A stretch of DNA of 63,665 nucleotides from a bacterium (GTDB lineage Bacteria; UBA8248), in NCBI GenBank assembly GCA_965213685.1, contig CBDBZY010000042.1:1-63665 (forward strand), read 5' to 3'. The notes beneath the pieces were generated by a model. That model did no database searches. It had not been told where the DNA came from and saw only the letters and a list, made by a program, of their open reading frames with translations. Below are positions 30,139-40,160 of this stretch, one piece after another. The position numbers and the translations under genes were made by a program. The first letter of the stretch is position 1. The number at the start of each line of letters is the position of its first letter.

Positions 30139-31515
30139 GTGGAAGCGCGCGTCCTTTCCCCTTGCGGCGTCATCGGCTCCGGTTTCCCCGAAACCTCCTT
30201 CGATCGCGGGTTGTCCATGGCCCCCCACATCATCGCCTGCGACGGAGGATCGACGGACAACGGGCCCGCGTTCCTCGGCGCGGGAAAGCCGAACTTCTCC
30301 CGCTCGGCGACCAAGCGCGACTTGCAGCTCATGCTCGAGGGGCGCGAACGCCTGGGAATCCCGCTGGTGGTGGGCTCGTGCGGCACGGCGGGCGGCGACG
30401 CGGGGCTCGCGTGGATGCGCGAGATTTGCCTGGAAATCGCCCGCGAGAGGGGCCTGCGCTTTCGTCTCGCGCTGATTCGGGGCGAGCAGGAGAAAGCGTA
30501 TCTCCTGAAAAGATACCGGGAGGGGCGGGTGAAGGCGCTTGTGCCGGCCCCTCCGCTCGATGAGGGGGTGATCGGCAAGAGCGCGCACATCGTGGGCATG
30601 ATGGGCGATGAGCCCATCGCCCGCGCACTGGATGCGGGGGCAGACGTCGTGCTGGCGGGCAGGGCTTCGGACACCTCGCTCTTCGCCTGCCACCCCGTGC
30701 GCATGGGCGCCGATCGCGGACTTGCCTGGCATGCGGCCAAGATACTCGAATGCGGCGCGGCCTGCGCGGTGCGCCGCGCGCGGCCGGACGGTTGCTTCGC
30801 CTGGATACGCGACGACCATTTCGTGGTCGAGCCGCTGAATCCCCGGATGCGCTGCACCCCGCAGAGCGTGGCCTCCCACACCCTGTATGAGAACACGGAC
30901 CCTTTCTACATCACAGAGCCCGCGGGAGTGCTCGACACCAGCCGCTCCACCTACGCGGCCGAGAGCGCGCGCGCCGTGCGCGTCGAGGGCTCCGTCTTTC
31001 ATCCGGCGGAAACATACTCGATCAAACTCGAGGGGGCCGAGCTCGTCGGCTACCAGTCGGTGATCATCGGCGGGGTGCGCGACCCGATGATCCTCAAGCA
31101 GCTCGACTCCTGGCTCGACGGCGTTCGGGAGGGCTTTGCGGAGCGCGCCGCGGAAATCTTCCCCGACCGGCGGAGGCCGCCCGCCTATCAGCTCCACGTC
31201 CGCGTGTTCGGGCGCGACGCCGTGATGGGGAGGTTGGAGCCCGAGGCGGGCCAGACGCCCCACGAGGTGGGCGTCCTCTTCGAGGTGACGGCCGACGACC
31301 AGGCGGCCGCCAACACGATGGCGGCCACCCTCGCCCATTTCGCGCTCCACTATCCGGTTCCGGAGTGGAGCGGCCTCATCTCGACCCTGGCGTTTCCCTT
31401 CGCCCCGGCGGAGCTCGAGAAGGGCGCCGTCTATCGCTTCAACCTGAACCACGTCGTCTATCCGGACGACCCGTGCGAGATGTTCCCCATGGAGATGATG
31501 GAGGTGGCGGATTGA
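30139..31515 (+). CDS. AtuA-like (DUF1446) protein
   Basis: IACDGGSTDNGP, GSCGTAG, AGRASD, WHAAKILECGA, SHTLYEN, RDP. Confidence 0.8.
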   Translation: MEARVLSPCGVIGSGFPETSFDRGLSMAPHIIACDGGSTDNGPAFLGAGKPNFSRSATKRDLQLMLEGRERLGIPLVVGSCGTAGGDAGLAWMREICLEIARERGLRFRLALIRGEQEKAYLLKRYREGRVKALVPAPPLDEGVIGKSAHIVGMMGDEPIARALDAGADVVLAGRASDTSLFACHPVRMGADRGLAWHAAKILECGAACAVRRARPDGCFAWIRDDHFVVEPLNPRMRCTPQSVASHTLYENTDPFYITEPAGVLDTSRSTYAAESARAVRVEGSVFHPAETYSIKLEGAELVGYQSVIIGGVRDPMILKQLDSWLDGVREGFAERAAEIFPDRRRPPAYQLHVRVFGRDAVMGRLEPEAGQTPHEVGVLFEVTADDQAAANTMAATLAHFALHYPVPEWSGLISTLAFPFAPAELEKGAVYRFNLNHVVYPDDPCEMFPMEMMEVAD

Positions 31516-31829
31516 TGGCCACGCTCGGCGAACTCGCCAGGCTCATTCGCTCGAAAAACGCAGGGCCCTTCCATCTCACCTTCGACATCATGTTCGACGA
31601 GGAGGAGACCTACCGGCACGTGGTGGACTCCGGGGCACTCACCAGGGAGGTCTTCTGCCGGATATACAACCTGGTCGAAGAAGACGTGCTGCTCGTGTGC
31701 CACGACGCCGCGCGCGCCATCAAGATATCCATTCCCCGCCCCGTCTTCTCCTGCGACCTCGAGGATGGCGACTGCTATGGCGGTCAGCAGTTCGGCCCCC
31801 TCGTCGGCGTGGAGGTTCCCGACCGATGA
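31515..31829 (+). CDS. DUF4387 family protein
   Basis: IRSKNAGPFHLTFDIMF, AIKISIPR, DCYGGQQ; TGATG overlap with the upstream gene. Confidence 0.82.
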   Translation: MATLGELARLIRSKNAGPFHLTFDIMFDEEETYRHVVDSGALTREVFCRIYNLVEEDVLLVCHDAARAIKISIPRPVFSCDLEDGDCYGGQQFGPLVGVEVPDR

Positions 31830-31853
31830 ACCAGACCGCGCGGAGAGAGAAAC

Positions 31854-32462
31854 ATGGCGATTCACACGAGTGCGGATGAGATTCGCGCGCTACTCCCCGA
31901 GGTGGAGCAGATCGAGGACGCCGCCTTGTGCCGGGGGGTCGTCGACATCTGGCTGGAGCTGGCGGCGGAAACCGTCTGGGAGCGCTTCGAGGACATCCCC
32001 AAGAACCTGAAAGAGGAAAAGCACATGACGCTCATCGGCCACGTTCGGGGCGTCACGCAGGTGGCCCTCGCCGCGGCCGACGTCGTCCGGAACCACCATG
32101 GCGTCGCCGTGGACCGCGACCTGCTCATCGCCGCCTGCCTCCTGCACGACATCTCCAAGCCGCTGGAGTCCGCCCCCAACCCGGGCGGCGCCCCCACGGG
32201 CAGCCGGGTGCCGCCCGCCCGGCCCACCGAATTCGGCGAGAAAATCCAGCACGGCGTCTACGGGGCGCATAAAATCTGGGCGAAAAACCTCCCCCGCGCC
32301 CAGGAGCTGGCCCACCTGGTCATCACCCACACGCGCGCGAGCAACACGCGCTCGAGAAGCTACGAGGCAGCCCTGCTCTTCTACGCCGACTGGGTGGACT
32401 CGGACGCCGGCATCGTCCTGGGCGGAGGCGCGCCCTTCGCCGCCAAATGGGTGGCGGGGTAG
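31854..32462 (+). CDS. HD-domain metal-dependent phosphohydrolase
   Basis: H..VRGV, CLLHDISK, QHGVYG, ITH, YADW. Confidence 0.78.
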   Translation: MAIHTSADEIRALLPEVEQIEDAALCRGVVDIWLELAAETVWERFEDIPKNLKEEKHMTLIGHVRGVTQVALAAADVVRNHHGVAVDRDLLIAACLLHDISKPLESAPNPGGAPTGSRVPPARPTEFGEKIQHGVYGAHKIWAKNLPRAQELAHLVITHTRASNTRSRSYEAALLFYADWVDSDAGIVLGGGAPFAAKWVAG

Positions 32463-32592
32463 GCGAGGAGGCCCCGGCCGACGAGAGTGGCCGACATCCC
32501 GGATCGCCCCCCCCCCTCCCGTCAGGGTCGCGAAACCGGCAACCGGCGTCCACGCCGGCGCATCGCGCGCCGTTTTCCGGCTCCCCTTCCGC

Positions 32593-33480
32593 TTACTTCC
32601 CCCACGCGATGGCGAACGCGCCGACCACGGACAGGACGCCGCCCATGACGATCTGCGGCGTGATGCGCTCCTGTTTGCGCAGAAACAGCCCGGAGAAGAT
32701 GATGACCCACAGGACGGAGAGGCGGTTGATCGGTATCACCTCCACCACGTCTCCCTCGCGGAACGCCGTCCAGAAGAACAGGGCAGCCAGCGTGTTCGCC
32801 ACGACGCCAAGGCCCATCGCCGCGAATCCCCTGGCGCTCCAGCCCTTCCGCCCTCCCCTCTCCCCGGTGAACGGCATCGCCAGAAGGAGCAGGCACGTCG
32901 CCGTGGTGGTGGAGATCGCGATTCCCAAAGACTCTGAGGGGATGAGGGCAAGGGCGTATTTTCTGAAAACGAACGTGAAGGAAAACAGGAAAGAGGCCAG
33001 GACCGGCACCAGGAAATGGGCGGGCGAGACGCCTTTTTCGAGCGTCTCGCGCTTGTAGACCAACAGGATGGCCCCGACCATGATGGCGAAAGTGCCGACG
33101 GCCACGCCCGCCGAGAGTCGCTCGCCCAGGATGAGCACGCCCAGGAGCGCCGACCAGACGAGTATCGACTGCACCATGATCTGCGTTCGCGCCAGGCCGA
33201 TGAGACGCATCGACCCGAAAATCATGTAGCGCCCGACAGAGCTGCCGAACAGGCCGATCAGCATGAACCACGCGACGCCCTCCAGGGGCCACGCCATCCC
33301 CTCGTCCAGGAGGAGGTAGAGCACTATCGCCAGCGTCGCGGTGAAGGCGTTCATCGCCACGGTCGCCACCGCCGGCCCGATGTGGACGAGCGCCTTGCGA
33401 TACAACACCTGGGAGATGGCGACGAAAAACGCCGCGATGAACGACAGGAGTCTCGGGTCCAGGGATTTGAGCAAAATCAC
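32593..33480 (-). CDS. EamA/DMT family transporter
   Basis: About 10 hydrophobic segments, LGERL, two-domain repeat; start uncertain. Confidence 0.82.
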   Translation of the reverse strand: MILLKSLDPRLLSFIAAFFVAISQVLYRKALVHIGPAVATVAMNAFTATLAIVLYLLLDEGMAWPLEGVAWFMLIGLFGSSVGRYMIFGSMRLIGLARTQIMVQSILVWSALLGVLILGERLSAGVAVGTFAIMVGAILLVYKRETLEKGVSPAHFLVPVLASFLFSFTFVFRKYALALIPSESLGIAISTTTATCLLLLAMPFTGERGGRKGWSARGFAAMGLGVVANTLAALFFWTAFREGDVVEVIPINRLSVLWVIIFSGLFLRKQERITPQIVMGGVLSVVGAFAIAWGK

Positions 33481-33624
33481 CCTACCAAATGAGGGAGCGA
33501 CCGGCTGGCGACGCCTGAACATTGCTGACGATGCGCCTGTTCAGCGAAGCGGAAAGGGTTTTCGGGCGGCGACCGGCCGGCGACGCCTCATCGGGGGGAT
33601 GCGCGCTCCCCGCAAGCCGTCGGC

Positions 33625-35521
33625 CTAGCCCGCCGGATAGCCCAGCCCCCCGAGCGCCTCTTCGATCTCGGGCAGAACGGCCGGATCTTCGATGGTGGCC
33701 GGCGTCCTGTATTCCTCGCCGTCGGCGATGTTCGCCATCGTTCCCCGCAGAATCTTCCCCCGAGCGCGTCTTGGGCAGGCGCCTCACCACCGCCGCCTGC
33801 CGAAACGCCGCCACCGCGCCGATCTGGCGGCGAACGAGCCGCACGACCTCGCCGACGACCTCCTCCTCCGGTTTCTCCACCCCCGCCTTCAGCACCAGAA
33901 AGCCGAGCGGCAGCTGGCCCTTGAGCTGATCCTTCACGCCGATGACGGCGCACTCGGCCACGTCGGGATGGGAGGTCAGCACCTCCTCCATCGCGCCCGT
34001 GGAGAGCCTGTGCCCCGCCACGTTGATGATGTCGTCCGTCCGCGACATCACATAGACGTAGCCCTCCTCGTCCATGTATCCGGCGTCGCCCGTCTTGTAG
34101 AATCCCGGATATTCGCTCAGATACGAGTCGATGAAGCGCGCGTCCGCGTTCCAGAGGGTGGGGAGGCAACCGGGCGGCAGCGGGAGCCTCACGCACAGCG
34201 CGCCCATCTCCCCCGCGCCCAGGGGGCGGCACTCGCTATCGAGAACCTCGAACGCATAGCCCGGCACCGGCTTCGTGGGGGAGCCGTGCTTGACGGGCAG
34301 ATGCTCGATGCCCATGGGATTCGCCAGCATCGGCCAGCCGGTCTCCGTCTGCCAGTAATGGTCGATGACGGGAACTTTCAGGTGCTCCTCCGCCCACTGC
34401 ACGGTGTCCGGGTCGGATCGCTCCCCCGCCAGAAACAGGGTGCGGAAGCCGCTGAGGTCATGCTCCCGCATGAGCGCGGCGTCCGGGTCGTCGCGCTTGA
34501 TGGCGCGAAACGCCGTGGGCGCCGTGAAGAACGCCCTCACCCCATGCTCGGCGATGACGCGCCAGAAGACGCCCGCGTCGGGCGTGCCCACGGGCTTCCC
34601 CTCAAAGAGGATGGTGGTGCAGCCGTGAAGCAGCGGCGCATACACGATATAGGAGTGCCCGACCACCCAGCCGACGTCGGACGCCGCCCAGAACGCCTCG
34701 CCCGGCGCCACGCCGTATACGTTCTGCATCGACCACTTGAGCGCCACCATGTGGCCCCCGTTGTCTCGCACCACCCCCTTGGGCTCCCCCGTCGTTCCCG
34801 AGGTATAGAGGATGTAGAGGGGGTCCGTGGCGGCGAGGGGAACGCAGTCGGCGGGCGCGGCGTCCCGCAGGGAATCGCCCCACTCGACGTCGCGGCCCGC
34901 GATGAGCTCCGCCTCGACCTGGGGGCGCTGCAAGACGATGCAGGCGTCCGGCTTCGCGCTGGAAAGCGCGATCGCCTCGTCGAGCAGCGGCTTGTAGGCG
35001 ATGACGCCCGAGGGCTCCACCCCGCACGATGCGGACACGATGAGCTTCGGCTTCGCGTCGTCGATCCGCGTGGCCAGCTCCCTCGGCGCGAACCCGCCGA
35101 AGACGACGGAGTGCACCGCGCCGATCCGCGCGCAGGCCAGCATGGCTATCGCGGCCTCCGGCACCATGGGCATGTAGATGATGACGCGGTCGCCCTTCTC
35201 CACCCCCAAGGACCGGAGCGCGCCCGCGAAATGCGCCACCTCGCCCAGCAACTCCCCGTAGGTGAACTTTCGGGTGGGCGCCCCCGTGATGGGGGTGTCG
35301 TATATCAGGGCGACCTGCTCCGCCCGTCCCGACTCGACGTGGCGGTCCAGGGCGTTGTAGCAGGTGTTGACCTCGCCTCCGGGGAACCAGCGGTAAAACG
35401 GCGGGTTGGAGTCATCCAGCACCCTCTCCCATCCCTTGTACCAGTGAATCTCCCGCGCCGCCTCCGCCCAGAACGCCTCCGCATCCGTCAGGGAGCGGTC
35501 GTACACCTCCGCATAGCCCAT
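33625..35521 (-). CDS. prpE: Propionyl-CoA synthetase (acyl-CoA ligase); one extra G near 33760
   Basis: NTCYNALDRH, YTSGTTGEPKG, SDVGWVVGHSY, WQTETG, AGHRLSTG; removing one G gives LPKTRSGKILR..PATIEDP ending at TAG 33625. Confidence 0.85.
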
Positions 35522-35736
35522 GCCCTGTCCTCCCATCCACATTTTTTGTTTTGCTCAGCCCCCAACCGGCAACCGATGGCCCACATACTACCAAACTCCG
35601 CCCCTCTTTGCGCCTCCGGCCCGAACCATTCGCCGCGAGGGGCGGGGGGAGGCGCCAAGGCCGCCGCGATTCCGCGCGCGAGGGGGGGGCATTCCGGGAA
35701 TTTCTCCGGAAATTCTCTCCCGGCCAAAGCATTTTC

Positions 35737-35765
35737 TTGCCATCGATCCGCCCAGGATATACATT
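35737..35765 (+). promoter_or_regulatory. Possible promoter of the Rieske/cyt b/HAO operon
   Basis: TTGCCA-N17-TACATT; inverted repeat GAATTTC-TCCG-GAAATTC at 35698-35715 just upstream. Confidence 0.35.
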
Positions 35766-35821
35766 GAATAAGAGGAACTATTCGCTTTCGCCCGTGCTTT
35801 TCCTTATCAGGCGGTGGGCAG

Positions 35822-36277
35822 ATGGCGTCATCCGAAACAAGAAGGGAGATCGAGCGGCGCGGCTTCATGGCCACGCTCTTCATGGCGGGCGGTCTGATCG
35901 TCAGCTACGGCACCGCCGCGATCTACGGGCTGCGCTACCTCTTCGGCAGGCAGCAGCCGCCCCGCATGGTACAGGTGCTCACCGGCACGATGGGCGACAT
36001 CCCCGACGGGGGAAGCATCCTCGGCCGCGACCTGAGCGGCAGAAAATTCCTCCTCGTGCGCGCGGGCGGGACGGTGCGCGCCTTTTCCACCGCGTGCACG
36101 CATCTGGGATGCCAGGTCTACTGGCAGGGAGAGAAAAAGGTGTTCTTCTGCCCTTGCCACAACGGTTTTTTCGACGCCGACGGAAACCCCACGGCGGGCC
36201 CTCCCCCGACCCCGCTCGCCCAATACCCCGTCGAGGTGCGTGGGACGAGCGTTTTCGTCACCATGCCGGAGGCCTAG
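35822..36277 (+). CDS. Rieske iron-sulfur subunit of a Rieske/cytochrome b complex
   Basis: ERRGFM Tat-like anchor, CTHLGC, CPCHNG, AGPPPTPL. Confidence 0.93.
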   Translation: MASSETRREIERRGFMATLFMAGGLIVSYGTAAIYGLRYLFGRQQPPRMVQVLTGTMGDIPDGGSILGRDLSGRKFLLVRAGGTVRAFSTACTHLGCQVYWQGEKKVFFCPCHNGFFDADGNPTAGPPPTPLAQYPVEVRGTSVFVTMPEA

Positions 36278-36282
36278 GCGCC

Positions 36283-37338
36283 ATGGACAGCCGAATCCCC
36301 CGTTGGATGGGCGAGCGGATTCCCTTCGACTGGGATCACCTCCGACACATCACGAGCGAGCCGATTCCGCGCCACCTGAAAAAATGGTGGTTCTGCGTGG
36401 GCGGCACGCCCCTGTATCTGTTTTTCATTCAAATCATCACGGGCATCGCCCTCGCCTTCTACTACGTGCCAGAGCCGGGCAAGGCGTACGAGTCGGTGCG
36501 CCACATCACCGAGGCGGTGCCCTTCGGCTGGTGGATTCGCGGGATACACCGCTGGGCGGCGGAACTGATGGTGGTGACCGTCATCCTCCACATGATGCGG
36601 GTGTTCTTTACGGGGGCCTATCGCAAGCCCCGCGAGATCAACTGGCTCATCGGCATGGGCCTCCTCATCACCGTGTTCACCTTCGGGTTCACGGGCTATT
36701 CGCTGATCTACAACCAGGTCTCCTACTGGGCCGCGGTCGTGGGCACGAACATCGCGGCGGCGGTGCCCGTCGCGGGCCCCTACCTGGCCGGCTTCCTGCG
36801 CGGCGGGCCCGTCATCAGCGCGAACACGCTCACGCGCTTCTACGTGCTCCACATCGGCATCCTGCCGACCACCGCCTTCGCCCTGCTCGCCCTCCACATC
36901 TTCTTCATCCGCATTCACGGGGTGAGCGAGTTCGTCGACCCGCGGGACGAGGGCGCGAAGCGGGACAGGTTCTTCCCGTTCTTTCCGGACCACTTTCTGA
37001 CGGAGGTGGCCCTGGGCGTTTTTCTCATATTTCTGGTCAGCCAGCTGGCCATCATCTTCCCCGCCCAGATGGGCGAGGCGGCGAATCCGGCCGTCACGCC
37101 CGAGCACATCAAGCCGGAGTGGTACTTCTATCCGGTGTTCCGCTGGCTGAAGCTGTTCTCCTTCGAGGCGGGCATCGTCGGCGCGATTCTCGTCGTCCTC
37201 GTCATGTTCGCCTGGCCGTGGCTGGACGCCGCTATCGAACGCCGCGCACCCGGCAGGGACATCAGCGTGTATGTGGGCATCCTCGCCGTCGTCACGATGA
37301 CGATATTCCTCATCATCGAGGGCGTTTCCGGACATTAG
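36283..37338 (+). CDS. Cytochrome b (b6 and subunit IV in one chain)
   Basis: WWFCVGG, HRW..LHMMRVF, YRKPREINW, FTGYSL, YVLH..LH, KPEWYF. Confidence 0.93.
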   Translation: MDSRIPRWMGERIPFDWDHLRHITSEPIPRHLKKWWFCVGGTPLYLFFIQIITGIALAFYYVPEPGKAYESVRHITEAVPFGWWIRGIHRWAAELMVVTVILHMMRVFFTGAYRKPREINWLIGMGLLITVFTFGFTGYSLIYNQVSYWAAVVGTNIAAAVPVAGPYLAGFLRGGPVISANTLTRFYVLHIGILPTTAFALLALHIFFIRIHGVSEFVDPRDEGAKRDRFFPFFPDHFLTEVALGVFLIFLVSQLAIIFPAQMGEAANPAVTPEHIKPEWYFYPVFRWLKLFSFEAGIVGAILVVLVMFAWPWLDAAIERRAPGRDISVYVGILAVVTMTIFLIIEGVSGH

Positions 37339-37359
37339 AGAGCAGAAAGGAGGGAGCCT

Positions 37360-38700
37360 ATGCAGCTGCAAGCCAAGCAATGGATAGTCGCCATTTTGAG
37401 CCTGTTCTTCCTGGCCTCCCTCGTCATCGTCGGCCTCATCGAGAGCGAGCGCCTCGTGCCCGAGCGCGAGAGGAAAGCCGTCGTCACCGCCAGGAACGAG
37501 GGGTGCGTGAACTGCCACACGGAGAAGTCGCCGGGCATCGTCGCCCAGTGGAAGGACAGCCGTCACTCCGAGGTCGGCGTGGGCTGCATGGACTGCCACG
37601 AGGCGCAGAAAGAGGACAAGGACGCCTGGCAGCACGAGGGCTCCCTGGTGGCCGTCATCGTATCGCCCAAGGACTGCTCGAAGTGCCACGCCCAGCAGGC
37701 GAAGGAGTTCACGGCCAGCCACCACGCCAAGGCGGCGCAGTTCATCGGCAGCCTCGACAACTTCCTGGGCGTGGTCGTCGAGGGCGTGCCCGCGGCGGTG
37801 GGCGGGTGCCAGAAATGTCACGGCTCGACGATCAAGGTGCTCGCGAACGGAAGGCTCGACCCGGCCACCTGGCCCAACACGGGGATGGGGCGAATCAACC
37901 CCGACGGCAGCAACGGCGCGTGTTCGGCCTGCCATGCGCGCCACCAGTTCTCCCCCGCGCAATCGAGACGGCCCGAGAACTGCGGGAAGTGCCACATGGG
38001 GCCGGACCATCCCCAAATCGAGATCTACGAGGAGTCCAAGCACGGCATCGTCTTCCACGCGCGCGAGGCGGAGATGAACCTCGACAGCAAAACCTGGGTG
38101 GTCGGCAAGGACTACACGGCGGCGCCCACCTGCGCGACGTGCCACATGAGCGCGGCGCCGAAGCTCGTCACCACGCATGACGTGGGCAAGCGCATCAGCT
38201 GGACGCTGCGCCCCGTCGTCTCGAAGAAGCTCCCCAACTGGGAGCAGAAGCGCGACGACATGAAAAAGGTGTGCGGGGCCTGTCACGGGCCGGCGTTCGT
38301 GAACGCCTTCTATACGCAATACGACAACGCCATCGACCTCTACAACGAGAAATTCGCGGTTCCGGCCCAAAACGTCATGAAGGCGCTCCGTAAGGAGAAG
38401 AAGATCACGCCCATGCCTTTCGACGAGAAAATCGAGTGGACCTTCTTCGAGCTGTGGCACCACGAGGGCCGCCGCGCGCGGATGGGAGCGTCCATGCAGG
38501 GGCCGGACTTCACCCAGTGGCACGGGTTCTACGAGGTCGCCAAGCACTTCTACTTCAAGTTCCTGCCGGAGGCCGAGGAGCTGTTGCCCGGCGTGAGCGA
38601 GAAGTTCGTGAAGGGCAAGCACCACACCTGGCGCAAGGGGATGAGCAAGGCGCAGATTCAGAAGATGCTCGATTTCTACCAGACCCGCTACGGGAAATAG
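37360..38700 (+). CDS. Membrane-anchored octaheme cytochrome c, hydroxylamine oxidoreductase (HAO) family
   Basis: Eight CxxCH (CVNCH, CMDCH, CSKCH, CQKCH, CSACH, CGKCH, CATCH, CGACH); CHMGPDHPQIEIYEESKHG, APTCATCHM, WHHEGRRARMG; N-terminal TM; AAGGAGG RBS. Confidence 0.92.
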   Translation: MQLQAKQWIVAILSLFFLASLVIVGLIESERLVPERERKAVVTARNEGCVNCHTEKSPGIVAQWKDSRHSEVGVGCMDCHEAQKEDKDAWQHEGSLVAVIVSPKDCSKCHAQQAKEFTASHHAKAAQFIGSLDNFLGVVVEGVPAAVGGCQKCHGSTIKVLANGRLDPATWPNTGMGRINPDGSNGACSACHARHQFSPAQSRRPENCGKCHMGPDHPQIEIYEESKHGIVFHAREAEMNLDSKTWVVGKDYTAAPTCATCHMSAAPKLVTTHDVGKRISWTLRPVVSKKLPNWEQKRDDMKKVCGACHGPAFVNAFYTQYDNAIDLYNEKFAVPAQNVMKALRKEKKITPMPFDEKIEWTFFELWHHEGRRARMGASMQGPDFTQWHGFYEVAKHFYFKFLPEAEELLPGVSEKFVKGKHHTWRKGMSKAQIQKMLDFYQTRYGK

Positions 38701-38858
38701 GGGCGCGCGCTGAGGCCGAGGCGCCGGGGGGAGTTCTTTCAACCGGCGGAAGGCGCGCTTGACGGCCGATTTAATTTCTCTCGGTGCCGGAAACGAACGG
38801 GCCGTCTCCCCCCTCCCCCCCCCTACTGCCGCGCATTCGCGCGCGTCCGGCCTGTTTG

Positions 38859-40160
38859 TTATAGCTCGATCACGTCCATCGCGTCGGGGTTCAGAACGCG
38901 GGGGCCGCCCTCCTCGACGATCACCTGGGGGCCGAACGCGAGGGACATCCTGTCCGCATGCGCCGCCTTCACCTCGACGGCGAGCGTCATGCCCGCCTCG
39001 ACCTCGAAATCCTCCAGGAAGCCATAGCGCCCGCCAGCCAGCGCGCGCCACTCCGGGTTCTCCGCCAGGCTTCCCTCCACGAAGGGCTCCCGCCACGGAG
39101 CCCCCCGGGGGATATCGCCCGCGCATATCGTCGTCATGGGCGGCTCGATGCCGTCGATTCCCACCCCGTGCACCTGGGGGATCTCGTGATAATACCCGCT
39201 CCGCACGACCGCCTCGCCGGAGACGCGGTCCACCTCCGACCAGGGCGTCCCCGGCTTGAGCGCCCCGAGCGTGGCGTGGAGGCTCTCCCGCACCGCCTCG
39301 CGCAGCGGCTTGTACTCCTCGTCCACCGGGCCAATCGACATGGCGGTGTGCGGGTGGCTCCAGTAGCCGCCGTAGCGCGCATAGTAGCCGATGCACAGCA
39401 TGTCCCCCGCGCGCAGAATCCGGTCCGTGGGCCTTCTGTTCACCGGATAGCCCTTCCCGGAGGAGAGAATCAGCCAGTTGTCGCGACCCGGCTCCGCGCC
39501 CGCCCGCAGGCTGGCGTCGAAGAGCGCCGCGTATATCTCGTTCTCCCGCACGCCCGGGCGGCAGCACGCGAGCACGGCGTCTATCTCGACGTTCGCCATC
39601 TCGCCCGCCTTCTCCATCATCGCGATCTCCTCGGGACTCTTCACCACGCGAAGGCGCGCGAGGATGTCCGAGGCGTCCGAGAAGGCCGCATCCGGCAACA
39701 GGCGCAGGAGATTCCGGTAGGTCATGTAGGGAATCGCGCCCTCCGCGCCGTATCCGCCGCCGATGAGGCCGACGATTCCGATCCGCCCCCCCTCGCAGCC
39801 CAGCTCCCGGATGGCGTCGGCGGCCACGACGCTCACCTTGCCCTCGTGGCCCCGGTAGCGCACCCCCTCGAAGCAGGACTCGGTGTACCACTTTCCCCAG
39901 TTCTGCAGGAGCCAGAAGGTGACGGGCGCCCCCTCCCGGGGAAACACCATGCTGCGCTCCCCGTAATCCCCCCCGTCGAGCCAGCGGACGTTGCCGCTGC
40001 CGTTCATCCCCCGCCCCACGACTACGAGGCAGTCCAGCCCCCGCTCGTCCATGACGGCGCGAACCGCGCGCCACCTCCTGTCGCGCTCCCCGGTCGAAAA
40101 CGCGGCCGCCGCGTCGCCCAGGCGTCCATCCTTGGGAAAAAACCTCGGGTCGGTTACCAT
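38859..40160 (-). CDS. M24 (creatinase / Xaa-Pro peptidase) fold protein
   Basis: RRWRAVRAVMDERGLD, LRVVKSPEEI, RPGVRE, YGGY, HGVG, GMTLAVE. Confidence 0.8.
   Translation of the reverse strand: MVTDPRFFPKDGRLGDAAAAFSTGERDRRWRAVRAVMDERGLDCLVVVGRGMNGSGNVRWLDGGDYGERSMVFPREGAPVTFWLLQNWGKWYTESCFEGVRYRGHEGKVSVVAADAIRELGCEGGRIGIVGLIGGGYGAEGAIPYMTYRNLLRLLPDAAFSDASDILARLRVVKSPEEIAMMEKAGEMANVEIDAVLACCRPGVRENEIYAALFDASLRAGAEPGRDNWLILSSGKGYPVNRRPTDRILRAGDMLCIGYYARYGGYWSHPHTAMSIGPVDEEYKPLREAVRESLHATLGALKPGTPWSEVDRVSGEAVVRSGYYHEIPQVHGVGIDGIEPPMTTICAGDIPRGAPWREPFVEGSLAENPEWRALAGGRYGFLEDFEVEAGMTLAVEVKAAHADRMSLAFGPQVIVEEGGPRVLNPDAMDVIEL

Noticed and set aside
31827-31856. DUF4387 TGA is in frame with the HD gene ATG (possible read-through)
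   Set aside because: The TGA is at the natural domain end, not a Cys position, and the HD gene has its own RBS
33755-33765. Programmed frameshift or phase variation in prpE and other genes
   Set aside because: Same single-base homopolymer insertion in many unrelated genes; sequencing error is simpler
37360-38700. Evidence for nitrification or anammox
   Set aside because: Crosslink Tyr appears absent; no amo, cycA/cycB or hzs genes in the window
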